Source of the DNA: Epithemia pelagica
Taxonomy: Eukaryota > Protista > Bacillariophyta
Direction: 5' to 3'
Length of the DNA stretch: 64,000 nucleotides
Assembly (NCBI GenBank): GCA_946965045.2
Contig: OX337231.1
Location: 496,001 to 560,000, forward strand
Shown here: piece by piece, positions 10,450-22,773 of the stretch
How the letters are laid out: the number at the start of each line of letters is the position of its first letter
How positions within the stretch are numbered: position 1 is the first letter of the stretch
The notes under the pieces: generated by a model
What the model was told of the DNA's origin: nothing
What the model saw: only the letters and a program-made list of their open reading frames with translations
Databases searched by the model: none
Translations under genes and position numbers: made by a program

Positions 10450-11350
10450 CACTAGTCGGTTCACTGGTTGGCATGCCTGTAGGCTGACTTGTGGGAGTTT
10501 AAGCTGGGACAGATGTTAGCGAAATTAGTGTTTCACTCGTTGGTACACTCTAGTCGGTTCACCGGTTGGCATGCTTGTAGGATGACTGGTTGGAGCCGAT
10601 GTTCGTCCACTTGTTGGTACACTTGATGGCACACTAGTGGGTCTACTTATTGGCATGCTTGTAGGATGACTTGTTGGTACACTTGATGGCACACTAGTGG
10701 GTCTACTTATTGGTATGCTGTAGGATGACTTGTTGGAGCCGAGGTTGGTACACTTGATGGCACACTAGTCGGACCACTGATTGGCATGGTTGTAGGATGA
10801 CCGGTCGGAGCCGAGGTTGGTCCATTTGTTGGTACACTTGATGGTGCACTAGTCGGTCTACTGATTGGCATGCTTGTAGGGTGACTGGTCGGAGCCGAGG
10901 TTGGTCCAATTGTTGGTACACTTGATGGTGCACTAGTCGGTCTACTGATTGGCATGCTTGAAGGATGACTGGTTGGAGCCGAGGTTGGTCCAATTGTTGG
11001 TACACTTGATGGTGCACTAGTCGGTCTACTGATTGGCATGCTTGAAGGATGACTGGTCGGAGCCGAGGTTGGTCCATTTGTTGGTACACTTGATGGTGCA
11101 CTAGTCGGTCTACTGATTGGCATGCTTGTAGGGTGACTGGTCGGAGCCGAGGTTGGTCCAATTGTTGGTACACTTGATGGTGCACTAGTCGGTCTACTGA
11201 TTGGCATGCTTGAAGGATGACTGGTTGGAGCCGATGTTGGTCTTCTTGTTGGCACACTAGTCGGTCTACTGGTTGGCTTTCTTTTAGGGTGACTGGTTGG
11301 AGCCGAAGTTGGTGCGCTTGTCGGTCCACTTGTTGGTCCACTGGTTGGTC
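10450..11350 (-). repeat. 84-bp tandem repeat encoding PT/PTS-rich (mucin-like) units, apparently a pseudogene
   Basis: Unit PTSAPTSHPSSMPISRPTSAPSSVPTIG with an 84-bp period (e.g. 10897 to 10981). Stops lie immediately upstream and the frame breaks near 10707. Confidence 0.8.
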
Positions 11351-11604
11351 ACTACCTTTAGATCGCACAGTAAGCCGTCTAGTGACTCTTTCATACAGTC
11401 GCACTATAGTGAGGTCGCTCTCCTATCAAAGATAACCTTAAAACGATAGTCTATTTCAGCTGCCGCGGCAGTCCCGCAGGACATACTCGACCGACTGCCC
11501 GGGCGCCATTTCGACGCGAGGGAACAGCCCTCCGGTGACGGGGGCCACACACAGACGACCATTTTAACGGACCCCGTAAGTGGTCCTCCCAACCCAGCAA
11601 AGCA

Positions 11605-11675
11605 AGATCGTGGGGACTCGAACCCCGGACCCTCGCATGAGAGACCAGAATCCGGCCACAGACCGCTGAGCGGCG
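11605..11675 (-). other. tRNA-Glu(CTC)-derived sequence (Pol III A/B boxes), possibly a SINE head
   Basis: Minus strand CGGTCTGTGGCCGGATTCTGGT-CTCTCAT-GCGAGGGTCCGGGGTTCGAGTCCCC has a B box GGTTCGAGTCC and anticodon loop CT-CTC-AT, but no acceptor stem. Confidence 0.6.
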
Positions 11676-13049
11676 TACCGCTCGACCAAGACGGCTGGTC
11701 CTATCAAAGATAACCGCTGAAATAGATCAGAATTTGGGTCGCACTATCATTCGCACTATCATAAGGTCGCGGATAATCAGCGATCCTGGATTGCAACTGT
11801 ACTCAACAGGAAAAGGCGGTATTGCAAATGTCTAACGTTCCATACTTCACTTTAGTTTTTGTATTGCTCTTGTTATAGCAGGCGTAGCGGTTTGATCGCC
11901 AGGCATGCAAAGATTTTCCATTGGGCAGAGATAGAAATCCATCGGGAATACTCCCTTCGATCTGAAATTTTATCGGGTGTGATAGTTCTTATGTAATAGT
12001 GAATAGATTTTTAGACTTTGGAGGCGTAGAAAACTGGTGCCCAACAATGACTTTGTCTTTTGACTCATATATTCGGGAACGTATGTATTTTATATGATTC
12101 AAGATTAAACAAGCATCACATGCGTGCAAAGGAAACAGGCTAAGTACTGATTCTTCTATTCAGGTTCTATTGTGTCCGGGACTAGGTTTTTTTGATTTTG
12201 CTCACCCCAGACCCCAAAACCTAACCGGTTTACCCGACTGCGTTCAAAGGCTGAACTCAGTCGAACAAGATTCTCTAAATCTAACTAAGACACACTTTTT
12301 GCCGCCTGGGGCACCAATTGTTTCGGGGAAATAGGTTTTGAGTGCTTTTGTTTGATTGATGCTTTGTCGCCACCCAACAGTGTCGATTCATCTGGATGGT
12401 CCATAATGTTGATGAATGGGAATGAAGGGGAGCTAAATGGCAGTAATTCGCTTGTCCCATGACGATGGTCACCATTTGTGCAATAGACGTACGATATCAG
12501 GGCGTAGGGAAAACGGGAGGCATTCGAACGGAAGCAAATCGCATTTGGGAGCAGGTTCATCTGTTCCGTGGTTGTTGTTGGTGTTTGTAGTGTATTGGCG
12601 GTGGTGGTTTGAAGTCGTAGGAATGTCTAGGCAGTTCGTTTCAACGCCAGGACAGTCCATGAGGTTGTTAGGAAAAGGGTCGACAACTCGGGTGGATTGG
12701 GCGGGTGCATAATGGCGTCGGATGGATGGTTTTCATTCGGGTTGTTGTTGCTTGCCATTGCACTGTCTTGGTACTGAGATCCAAACGGAAGCAGTGGGTC
12801 GGAACGGTTGGTTTCCACGCCAGGAGGGCACCTTGGGTTGGTATGGATAGGATTGACAACTCTGGTCGGATGGGGAGGGGCCATGAGTGTCGTAACAACC
12901 GCAACAAGATCCGTATCGTAGTGATTGCGTTGTTGTTGTTGTGAGTTTTTGTCAAAGTCGAGGATCGCGCGGGGTGAGTATGAGAATTCACCCTGATTCA
13001 CGATCAACCTGGACTCACCCTTCCGCTAGGGGGTAAATCGTACCTGGTA

Positions 13050-13769
13050 CTCCCTCCGGCCTTTTTTTATCGCACGAAGTTGAGAAAAATGACATAACGT
13101 CTCGAGCGTCAGCCCGTTCGCGCTAAAAATTATATAGATCGAAAGCTTATTACTAGACTCAAATTTCCATGTATAATTTATATGTTCCATCTCACAATCC
13201 TGAAGAGCTACATGGAACTAAAAGAGGCTAAAAACGCAATCCAAACTTTGGCGTACCGGTTCTGGCCCCCCAGGCGCACCCAAGGGATGGCACCCTCCAG
13301 CCAGGCCCGCGAGGGGGTAAAGTACATAGACTTGCCGGCTAATGACTGTGGACGTTCTATAGACATTCATCTATCCTTCCCCATCTGAATGGCACCTTGC
13401 CAGAGGTGTTTTGTCTTTCGTCGCCAAAATTTTTGGAGTTCATCGATCCATCATAAGTAGGCTATGAGAGTGCGCAGAGCAACTCGCACGCGGTGGACTT
13501 AATTAACTCCCCCGAAATTTCATCCAACGCACGCGCGCATGGTCGATTCCTATGTGTTCTTCGACTGCTGTTACAGAAGCGGTTAAAAGTGTCACGCGAT
13601 AGAAGGATAGTTAAGTTGTGGCGCGTGTCACATTGAATGTTCATCTCTAAAATTCGACTCCGAATGAGCCGGCCATCCTCCTGTAGAAATGTACCAGGTC
13701 CTACGACGGGTGTTTATGCGACTGATTTTTCGAAAAATAGATCGTGCGATAAAAAAAGGCCGGAGGGAG
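13050..13769. mobile_element. Tc1/mariner-type (Stowaway-like) MITE, 720 bp
   Basis: Perfect 28-bp TIRs CTCCCTCCGGCCTTTTTTTATCGCACGA (13050-13077 / 13742-13769), TA on both sides, no coding capacity. Confidence 0.9.
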
Positions 13770-14626
13770 TAGTAAGGGCTGGGTCAACCGACCGGATACG
13801 CGTCTTCCAAATGCTACTTGTAAGGGGCCGTATAGGGTTAAGGATTTTATCATAGATTTTCTAATTTCGCGGTGGTTTTGCCTTCACATTTTCTTTCGCA
13901 ATGGCCATGGTAGTCTTCCAATGTTGATTGCGAGTCCCGTAGTCAAAAGTAACTGCACAAAATATAATAGAGAGCAAGATAAGTCTCTTTTTTAATAATA
14001 CTGAAGAATAACAGGAAGCATTATCAGGGTGTGAGAAAGTGAAATAGACAAATAGCAACGTAGATGGTGCAGCACAAGCAAAATGGTAAAAAAACAGAGA
14101 GCATCTCAGATGAACGACTTCATCTCTACCTCCCCTTCGATTTTTCGCACGAAACTCACACGTCGTATCTAATGTATACTTATTTCGACACTCACAAAGC
14201 GTCGACTTCTGGGAGAGTCTTGATCTGATGAACGGCGGCATCAAATGCGGAGCGTCATGGTGAGGTGGTGATTTTAAAATTTATAACTTTAACCCTAGTG
14301 AAAAATAAAACGTGCACTCCTACAAGCTGAGTTCAGAGTGTACATGAACGACGTAGACCCCTGTAGAATTTGTACCAGAAAAATAATCATCGCTAGCGTT
14401 CTCATTACTAGTGAATGAAAGTGTCCGACCGGTGACTTCCCAGAGTCTTAGGATAATATTTTATTTGTTTTAGTGTATTGCGTGACAGCTTCCGAACGCT
14501 AGAATTCTGTCGAAAATGATGAAAAAACGGTTGTTGTCTAACGACCATGGTGGAGGGCCATCCCAACCGCCTACCTTGTAGCCGAGCTGCATCCGGATGC
14601 TTTAGGGTTTACTTGAACCACCCTCA

Positions 14627-17600
14627 ATGGCGCTACAAGGTACGGGGTTGGCATCATACTCAATGACGCGATCATCCGACTCATCCCACGCAACACAGTC
14701 TCGGATGGAACGAAGTTTATCGGCACAAGAGATTCTTGACGTCTTTAAGACGCAATGCTCCCCATCCTCGTTTGGGTTCTGCAACAAGTGGATCCAAGAC
14801 ACCCAGATTGTGAACTTCATGCACACTTGGCTGCCAGGACTGTCGCCATTCAGACTGAATCTTGTTTTGACTAAAGATGTTGTTCTTAAACTCTGTTTCG
14901 AAACTAAGGTGTTGGAATCAAACAAGTTTGGCTGGTACCGCCACAAAGTCACAATCCACAATAAAAGATACACATTCTTTTATGTAAGCTCCGACACAAC
15001 AACAGGGCCAGTGATGTTAGACAATCATCAAGAATGGCTGGAGGCTGCAGCCGAGAATGTGATTCGGCGGTCGGGACGAGCGAAGCCAACGAAGCGAAGG
15101 AACGAAGAGTCACCAGGGTTGCGTGAAGGCACGCTAAATACATCCAAGCAAGCAAGAAACACTTCAACTCCACCAGCAATCAAGAACACTTCAACGCAGC
15201 AGCATGAACAGCCAGCACTGCAAATCGTCGACAGCACCACCGCAATGGAAATGTCGCCATCACACAACAACACAAATCAGGTACATGTTGCAGCAATCCA
15301 ACCTGCCGAATTGGGCACAAACGAAGTCAATGTTGTTCATTCACGGAGTTTGCGTATTGGTTTTACAGCTTTGGAGGATGAGCCGAGCGGAAGTCTAGCA
15401 CAGTACCAGAACGTAGACGAGGAAGCGTTTTTTAATTCCGGAAAGATGTCTGGACTCTTTGCTGGCAAGAAAAATTCTCCAGGATCAGTAAAAAGAAACC
15501 TTGAACGATGGATAGACATCCTTGGGAAGGCCCCTTTCAGCTTGGAAACAATGCAGAAGGTGCTTAACAATGCAGATGCCTTCCCACTTAACCACGAACA
15601 GACAAGCAGGGTACAGCTGAAGGTGACGTACTTGCACCTCTCCTATAAGATAGCATTGGCGGACATGCCATATGGTCACCGGTGGTTAGATTGTATAGAG
15701 GAAGCCGTTTAAAAAATGGAAGCAGTTTATGGTGCATCAGTAAAAAGACACCCGCACACCGTTGCTCGTTGGCACAGGTACTATCGGGATCACGACTGTT
15801 TCCCTCATCCAAACTATCAAGTTCAAATTGGAAAAGAGGCATCGCCCTACATTTTTGTTCACTTGCCTGAAGCGAAGGAAAAGTTTGAATGCTGGGCAAA
15901 GGAAAATCTGAGCACTCTAACAACAGAGTCCGCTCTCGTGTACCTGAAGAACACCTTGATTCCAGAAATGTATGCCATGGTCACACAAGAGTGCATCGAT
16001 AACAACGCAAGGCCGTTGTCGAACGAAGATTTCCTGGCCTCGTTGAAGCTGTCGACCATTTCCCATAGCACAGCATGGCGCTGCATTGCCGCTGCAGGGT
16101 TGGTGTTCAAGGAACACACGAAAACATACTTCACCGATCGACACGAAAGCGCTGAGAATGTCGCCCACAGAGCTGATTTTGTCAAGAGGTACTTTAAGTG
16201 GGAAGAGCTCTCGTATCGGTGGGTGCAACTCCCTGTCGAGGAGGCAATCAAACTTGAAAACGAAGGGGATGCTGGCAACGAGAAGCTCCTACCAGACAGC
16301 TTCGTATTTGAATACACTGACGCAACAACAGGCACTCAGATGCGGGAGTACCATATCGATGCCTTCCCCAGCGAATTTGAACGGTACATCAAGCCCCAAA
16401 ACAAAATTCACAATGGGAACTTGTCACACAGGTTCCCTTCGGACCGCAAGCCCGTGATCCTTATCGGACAAGACGAATCGATCTACAAGCAGTTTTCGTT
16501 CTCGTCCAAGGCGTGGTACACTAAAGACGGTGCAACAAAAATGTTGCCAAAGGATGATGGACATGGGATGATGATCAGCGCATTTGTTAGCCGATCATGG
16601 GGCATCCTTATGGACGAAAACCCATTGCTTGATGCGCAGCTATTTCAGATCAATGAACTCCGTCTACGTCCAACACACAACACATACATCTCTACGGAGG
16701 TTGCAATGCGCCTCAATGGCCACACTGCCAAGACTCCAATTACCAACGCAAAACCCTTCACTCGCTTTTTTGATTACGGAGCAGACAAAGAGGGATATTG
16801 GTGCTACGACCACATGGCCTTGCAGTTGGAGGACATTGTCGATTGCCTCGTGGTCATGTTCCCCGCGCATGACTTTGTCTTTTTGTTCGACCAAAGCAGT
16901 GGTCATGGAAAAGATCGATCTGATGGATTGAATGCTCTGAATATGAACAACGACTGGGGAGGAGCTGTTCCCAGCATGCGTGACACGAAAATCCTGGATG
17001 AAAGTTGCCTTGGCCCGTACAACCATGACGACAAACTACGAGTTGGTGACGTGCAACACCTTGTCTATCAGGAGAACGATCGTGGTCCAGTTGCTAAAAA
17101 AGGACGTCGTCTCAATGACGCACAGCGTGTTGCATCGAAGAATACATACCGAACTGGTACAACGAAGATTCGCAACCTCACAAAGAAGGAGCTCATGGCA
17201 AAACTTGTCCAGGTCATGGGACCTGGAATGCAACGTTCGTTTCAATCGAAAAATACTAGTGAACTACAGGACCTTTGTAAACGCTCCAACATTGCAACAA
17301 CGATTGAAGATGATGTGGTCGACGAAGGCTGGATGAATGCTGCAAAAGGACTGTTTCAAGTTTTATGGGAGAGGGGGTGGATTGACCCTGAAAACATGAT
17401 CAAGTACGTCAAGACAACCAGAGATGCATGGTTGGAACAGGATAGGAAGACAGTGAAAGAAGCCTGTCAGGCGGATTACAAAAAGTACTCTCTGGTTCGG
17501 CTGATGAGCGAATGCTCTGATTTTAAAAATGAAAAATCTGCAATGGAGAAGTTGGCGGAAGACTTGTCTGAGCGACATCGTTGCAAGATCGAGATTCTGG

Positions 17601-17983
17601 TATCGACCAAGTATCATTGCGAGATGGCTGGTGAGGGGATTGAGTATTGCTGGGGTTACTCAAAAAAAGTCTTTCGCGCTTTCTCACTGAAGGAGAAGAA
17701 AGACAAAGCTGCCTTTTTGCAATGTTTGACAGCGAGCCTGAAGAAGACGACACCTGAAATTGTGCGGAAAATGTCAGCAAAGGCACGTCGCTATATGCTC
17801 GCGTACTTGTTGTACGATCAAAATCCCACCAACAGAGACTATTCAACTGCGGGCCTCTCGTATGACGAAATTGAAAAGATGACAAAAGCAATCAAGTGTC
17901 ACCGATCCGCCCTCGACCAAGACCATGGCTTCATCTCACGTCTCTGGAGAGAAACGCAAGGATCAGGTGCAGAAGAGACCTGA
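14627..17983 (+). pseudogene. Large DDE transposase of IS630/Tc1/mariner-like type, split by one in-frame TAA (15710-15712)
   Basis: ORFs 14627-15712 and 15716-17983 are in frame. Motifs ILIGQDESIY, PKDDGHGMMISAF, FLFDQSSGH and KYHCEMAGEGIEYCWG (akin to the DDE_3 PELNPIE motif). Confidence 0.75.
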
Positions 17984-18392
17984 TCTACAATAATCTCTAT
18001 TTATCATTTATATACATGTTACTGAACTATTCATACGATTAATCCATTATATTGAATGTAGTCCTTGTCAGTTAGTGGTATCAATGATCACTTCCGTGTT
18101 GTGTGCTCGTGTGCTCGTGTTGCGTGTTCGATTCTCAGTTTGTAAATAGATCGAAAATGTGCGCAACCGAGAAGAATGGACGATTTTCGGAGCACACCTT
18201 GCGCGAAAACACGCCCCCCTCTCCAAAAGCGCGCACGTATCGCAAAACTCCTTAAGTAACTCAGCCCAAATACCAAAAACTTTCCCGTTTTTTAGTATGT
18301 GAGCTCAAGATTTTGTTTTTGGTATGTGGGCTGAGGAGAGTGCTGCGTTTTGTGTTTCTTGTGTTTCGTGTTTTGAGTTTTGCGTTTCGACC

Positions 18393-21226
18393 ATGGGGAA
18401 ACCAAGCCCAAAGAAACAGCCTTCAAAAGCGGGTGCTCAAAAACGAGACAGCATGAGTGACCAAGGAAATCTTAACGCTCTTCTACTTGCAATAGATGCA
18501 GCGGAAGGGCCGTCAGCGGCAGTAACAGCGGCGCCCGAAGTAGCAGCAGCCGCAGCGCCCGAAGCAGCAGCAACAGACGAAGCGACAACAACAAAGCACC
18601 ATCGGTTTCTTTCGGATCAAGACTTTGCCCAAGTGAAGGATAAAAAGCTTGCAGATATTCGGCGTGGCCATCCAGAGAAGGACCACAGCAAACAGTATTC
18701 GGACACTCAAATGCGGCAGCTCCTCACCGATACGCGCATAGCGGACTACAAGAAAGGCGTCGAGGAAGTGGAGAAACTCCCTTCTCGTTCTGGACGGGAT
18801 CCAATCAGGACTTTCACCGAAGGCCTCAAGACGCTCTCCAAGATCAAAGACAGTGCTGTACTTGCCTGTGCTATGGGAGAGTATGTCTCACGGAAGATTT
18901 CGGCCACTTTTTCGGTCCAAGAAGCTCCAATTCGGAAGCCCGGTTCAGGCTTGCAAAAGGGGAAGAGAGTGGAATGGGTCTCCCTGTGCAGAAGAACAGA
19001 AAAAATACCTTCCCGATCGGCAAGCATGTCGGTTACACATTTGCGAACAATCCGGTAGTCAAGATCTACCTTGGAAAAGTGCTTCTGTTTGAGGTGAAGG
19101 AGTCAAAACTCCCAGGCGCCGGGTTTGGCGTTTTTGCAGTTCGGACAATCAAAGATGGTGAAGTGATTGGCGCGTACACGGGAAACGACGTCACGTCTCG
19201 GACAGTTGTACCCAACGAGTACGCGATTCGGTTCGGACGTGACAATCGAAGGCTTCAAGCAGACAACGACGATCACTTCGGCATGGGGCTGCACTTAATC
19301 AACAACCACCTACACCATCGGTACGGTACAGACAATCCACCGGATGAATCGGATGATCAATACAACGTGAGAATCATGCCGAATCTTCTAGTTAAGGCAA
19401 TCAAAAATATTGAGCCGGGCGACGAGCTGTCTTTGTTTTATAACCTTACGGACGAATCGCCGACGTCCTCCGAACAGGTCATCCAAACGTCGACGAAAGG
19501 TGACGACGAAGACGAGGGAAAGAAACGCAGTCGACCCAATGATGAAAATGAAGACGACGGGAAAAAGACAAAGAAGCCTGTCTTAACTTCTCCTTCTACT
19601 GTTTTCCGTCCAGTTGCTACTGTTGCTCGTCCTCCTTCTCCGCCTCCTCCGCAATACGTTTCTGAGCACTACAATTCGCCCCCTCAGCTGCCGCCGCATT
19701 ATCCTCCGCAATATTATCACCATCCTCCGCCGCAGTACAATTACCCTCCGCCGCAGTACAATTACCCGCCGTCGCAGTACAATCATCATCCTCCGCCGCA
19801 TTATCCTTATCCTCCGCCGCATTATCCTCATCCTCCGACGAGTCATCCTCCGCCGCAGTACCATGGACATCCTCCGTCCTACAATCAACCCAACTATGGA
19901 GGTTACGGGGGGACTCTACCTTCATCGCTCCATCATCAGCAGCAACAACAACGCACGACCCAGCCGGTCGAAGGCTCACTCCACCTCCTTCCGAGCAATC
20001 CCATCCCACCTGCAGCACAAGCTCAACCCAAGCTCCTTCCCAGCAGTCCCGTCCTACCTGCAGCACAAGCTCAACCCGCCACTCAAGCCAATCCCAGCCC
20101 TAGTACTGGAATGTTCGTACCAGTGGTAATGGCAGAAGATGACACGGATAGTATTTTTGAGGAGATGGAAGCGATCGATGCGAAAGCGAAGGAGAATGAG
20201 CGTTTCGAGAAAATGAAGTTGTTACATAGAGAATTGCGCTCGAAGTATTTCAAATGGCTGTACGATATTGAAAACAAAATGTATCGAGGATATTTTTTGA
20301 CAACTCCGCCAGATCTCCTCGAAATGTTGGAGAATGCGTGGTACAGCACAGGCTTGGACCAGAAAGGAAAGGGCAAATTTTTCAAATCTGTTCAAGACTA
20401 CACACCAAATTTGTTGATGGCAATGATGGAACATGAGGGAATGGTGTCCAACATTCGGTACTTCGGCCACGTTAACCCCGAACATGCTGCAAAGGTCACG
20501 GCCAATTTCAAGCAGCTGCTTGCCTCAGCTCTCTATGGGATGAACTACGCAAAAGATGATTCATTTGCGGACCAAATCAACATTCACCTTTCGTTCATGA
20601 AGACCACAGAGGCAAAAGTTCAAGAACCTCACATCGACTTCTTGTTCCAGAGCGTAACAGGGAACATGTCCGAAGGTCCCAAAACGCCCTCCGGGAAGCA
20701 ACCAATCAAAAAGACTCGGAGAGCGAATGCAGATCTGCCACTCCGGGAACGCATGCCTTTTATTGTTTTCATGCCCCTGGCGGAGGAGGGTATGTCCGTT
20801 GAATTGTGGAGTTTCCGCGGTGAGAAGCACAAGGATTATATGAACGAGCTGGGTAAAGTGGTACATATCCCATATGGCACGTTTCTCCTCGTTCGAGGAG
20901 ATACTGTCCATGCTGGTGGCTTTAAGACTGGGGAGATGGGGAATCCACGTGCACATTTCTACGTGTACCAAGGAAAAGATGGGACCGTTCACGATCCCAT
21001 GCCAAAGAACACCTACAACCTTCCTTCTGGAGAAAGCAGGCTTTCCGACTACTACTTCCATGACAAAGACATCCCTGGTGTTCGCCGAAGTGGGCTCGTT
21101 GGGGTTAAGCTTTGGGTCGGGGACAAGCGTGTTTGCGTCCTAAGTGACAATCCTCGTAAGGTGCTTGTGGCCGCGAATTATAAACCTGGTAAGAAGATCG
21201 CGAGCAAAGAAGCCGATCAAACTTAG
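18393..21226 (+). CDS. SET-domain + 2OG-Fe(II) dioxygenase-like fusion protein (predicted intron 18881-18948)
   Basis: SET motifs ESKLPGAGFGVFA, HLINNH, KAIKNIEPGDELSLFYN; Pro/Tyr-rich linker; C-terminal PHIDF...PFIVFMPL...LLVRGDTVHAGG...RAHFY (HxD...H). A 68-bp GTATGT...TTCAG intron joins the two ORFs in frame. Confidence 0.7.
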
Positions 21227-21752
21227 ATCTTTCCTCGTGGTGAAAGTGTGTTATTGTTGAAAAAGAATACCATGGTACGTTGAGTTGCAGTATGACATTA
21301 AGATTTATTAGTTTATTCCTTCATATTATACTTTAGTACATTGTCGTGTTTGTTTCCATGAAGTGTCGAAAACGCAAAATATGAGATAAGAATCATAGCT
21401 CGTCTGGGACCAATCACGAACTCCCTCGTACATCCATACGAGACGCGCCCGCAAACCGGGACCCAACTACCGACACTGGGAAGCTGGATGACGACGATGA
21501 CAATGATGATGACCATGACAATCACGACCATAACGATGATGAAGAGGACAAACGGGATGAGCGATGATAGCTACAACAAGGACGACTACAATACAACAAC
21601 GACAATGATAGCCACGACAATGACGAGGACTTGGACGACGACAATAATGATAATCACAACAAGAACGACTGTAGAAGCACTACAAGTACCATGATGACAA
21701 ATCGATTCATATTTAGTGATTAAGGATACCTAAAACGTCCATCAGTAGATAT

Positions 21753-22626
21753 CTAGTACGCCTCGTCCTCATGATCCAAGTACTCGGGGCCGAAACTGTT
21801 GTGCTGCGTACCGATGAAGTCTTCTTGGGTTTCGAGAAATCCATCATCGGCATACGAATCGATGGATGTCCGGTAAGCACGGGATGGATTGTTAAAGAAC
21901 AACGGAGGTGAGGAGGGGATGTTTTCTCCAACTGCCAGCGATTCATTCAAAATCTTGCGAGGGTCTGTCGCTCCACTTTCCTTCACCTGTTCTTCTGCAA
22001 TCTGACGTTGGAAGGCATGCTTCTGGGAGGGGGTCAAAGCAAAAGCTCGGGACTCCACCTTTGGGGAAGAAGCTACTTTCTTCGGGGTCACATAAGACTC
22101 TGGAGTCTTGTTCTCGATGTCGTCCTCCTTCTTGATCTCCTTCTCGGGCTTGTTGTCGGGCTTGCTGTTGGGCTTGGTGTCTGTGGCAGCAGAGTGCGCG
22201 TCGTGAGAAAGGGAGACTCAAAGCCAACAATGAACAATCAAACTTACCTTCTTTGCCGACAGCCTCGATCGCAAGGAGCTCTGCCGCGATATCCGACAGG
22301 TTAGCGCGTTTGACGTCCTTGTTGCTGACGAAGAACACTGGGATACCATCTTCATCCCCAATGGTGAGTTGCCACTGTTTGGCGCGCTCTTTCCACAACG
22401 AAGCATCCTCAAGGTTGAACGTGACTTGCCTCTTGGTCGAAGCGGGAGACTTCGTCATCATCGTCTTCTTCTTCTTCGCCTTTTTGCCCTCCACAGACTT
22501 CTTTGAAGGCATTTTCTTGCCGTTTCCCTTGTCGGAGGGAAATGCGGTTTTGCTGGAAGGAGCTGCGGCGGAATCCTGCTCCTTCGCAGATTCAGCTCGT
22601 TTGGTAGCACTACGAGTCTGGCGCAT
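21753..22626 (-). CDS. Hypothetical Lys-rich protein, two exons (22626-22248, 22180-21753)
   Basis: A 67-bp GTAAGT...CAG intron joins ORF 21943-22794 to ORF 21753-22091 in frame (E|DTKPNSKP...VTPKKVASSP). Confidence 0.55.
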
Positions 22627-22773
22627 CGTTAGAAAATAAAAGTGAGGATTGGTTGGTTTGATTGTTGTGTTCGTTTGAATCGTTGGGTTCAGTCTCCATT
22701 CTTGTGTCATCTCGTGTTCCCCCCGGCGCTCATTCGTGAACAATATCGGCGCGCGCCACAATAAAGTTGCAGC

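Noticed and set aside
10450-11350. Regular repeats that could suggest a CRISPR array
   Set aside because: The units are contiguous 84-bp coding-type repeats without unique spacers; there are no cas genes and the context is eukaryotic.
11605-11675. Functional tRNA-Glu gene
   Set aside because: No acceptor-stem pairing, and mismatches in the anticodon and T stems; treated as tRNA-derived.
12281-13010. Several short ORFs with internally repeated peptides
   Set aside because: No consistent frame or recognisable family; likely degenerate repeat DNA.
13833-14297. piggyBac ends (GGG|TTAA and TTAA|CCC)
   Set aside because: They face outward, no matching partner ends were found, and there is no piggyBac transposase in the window.
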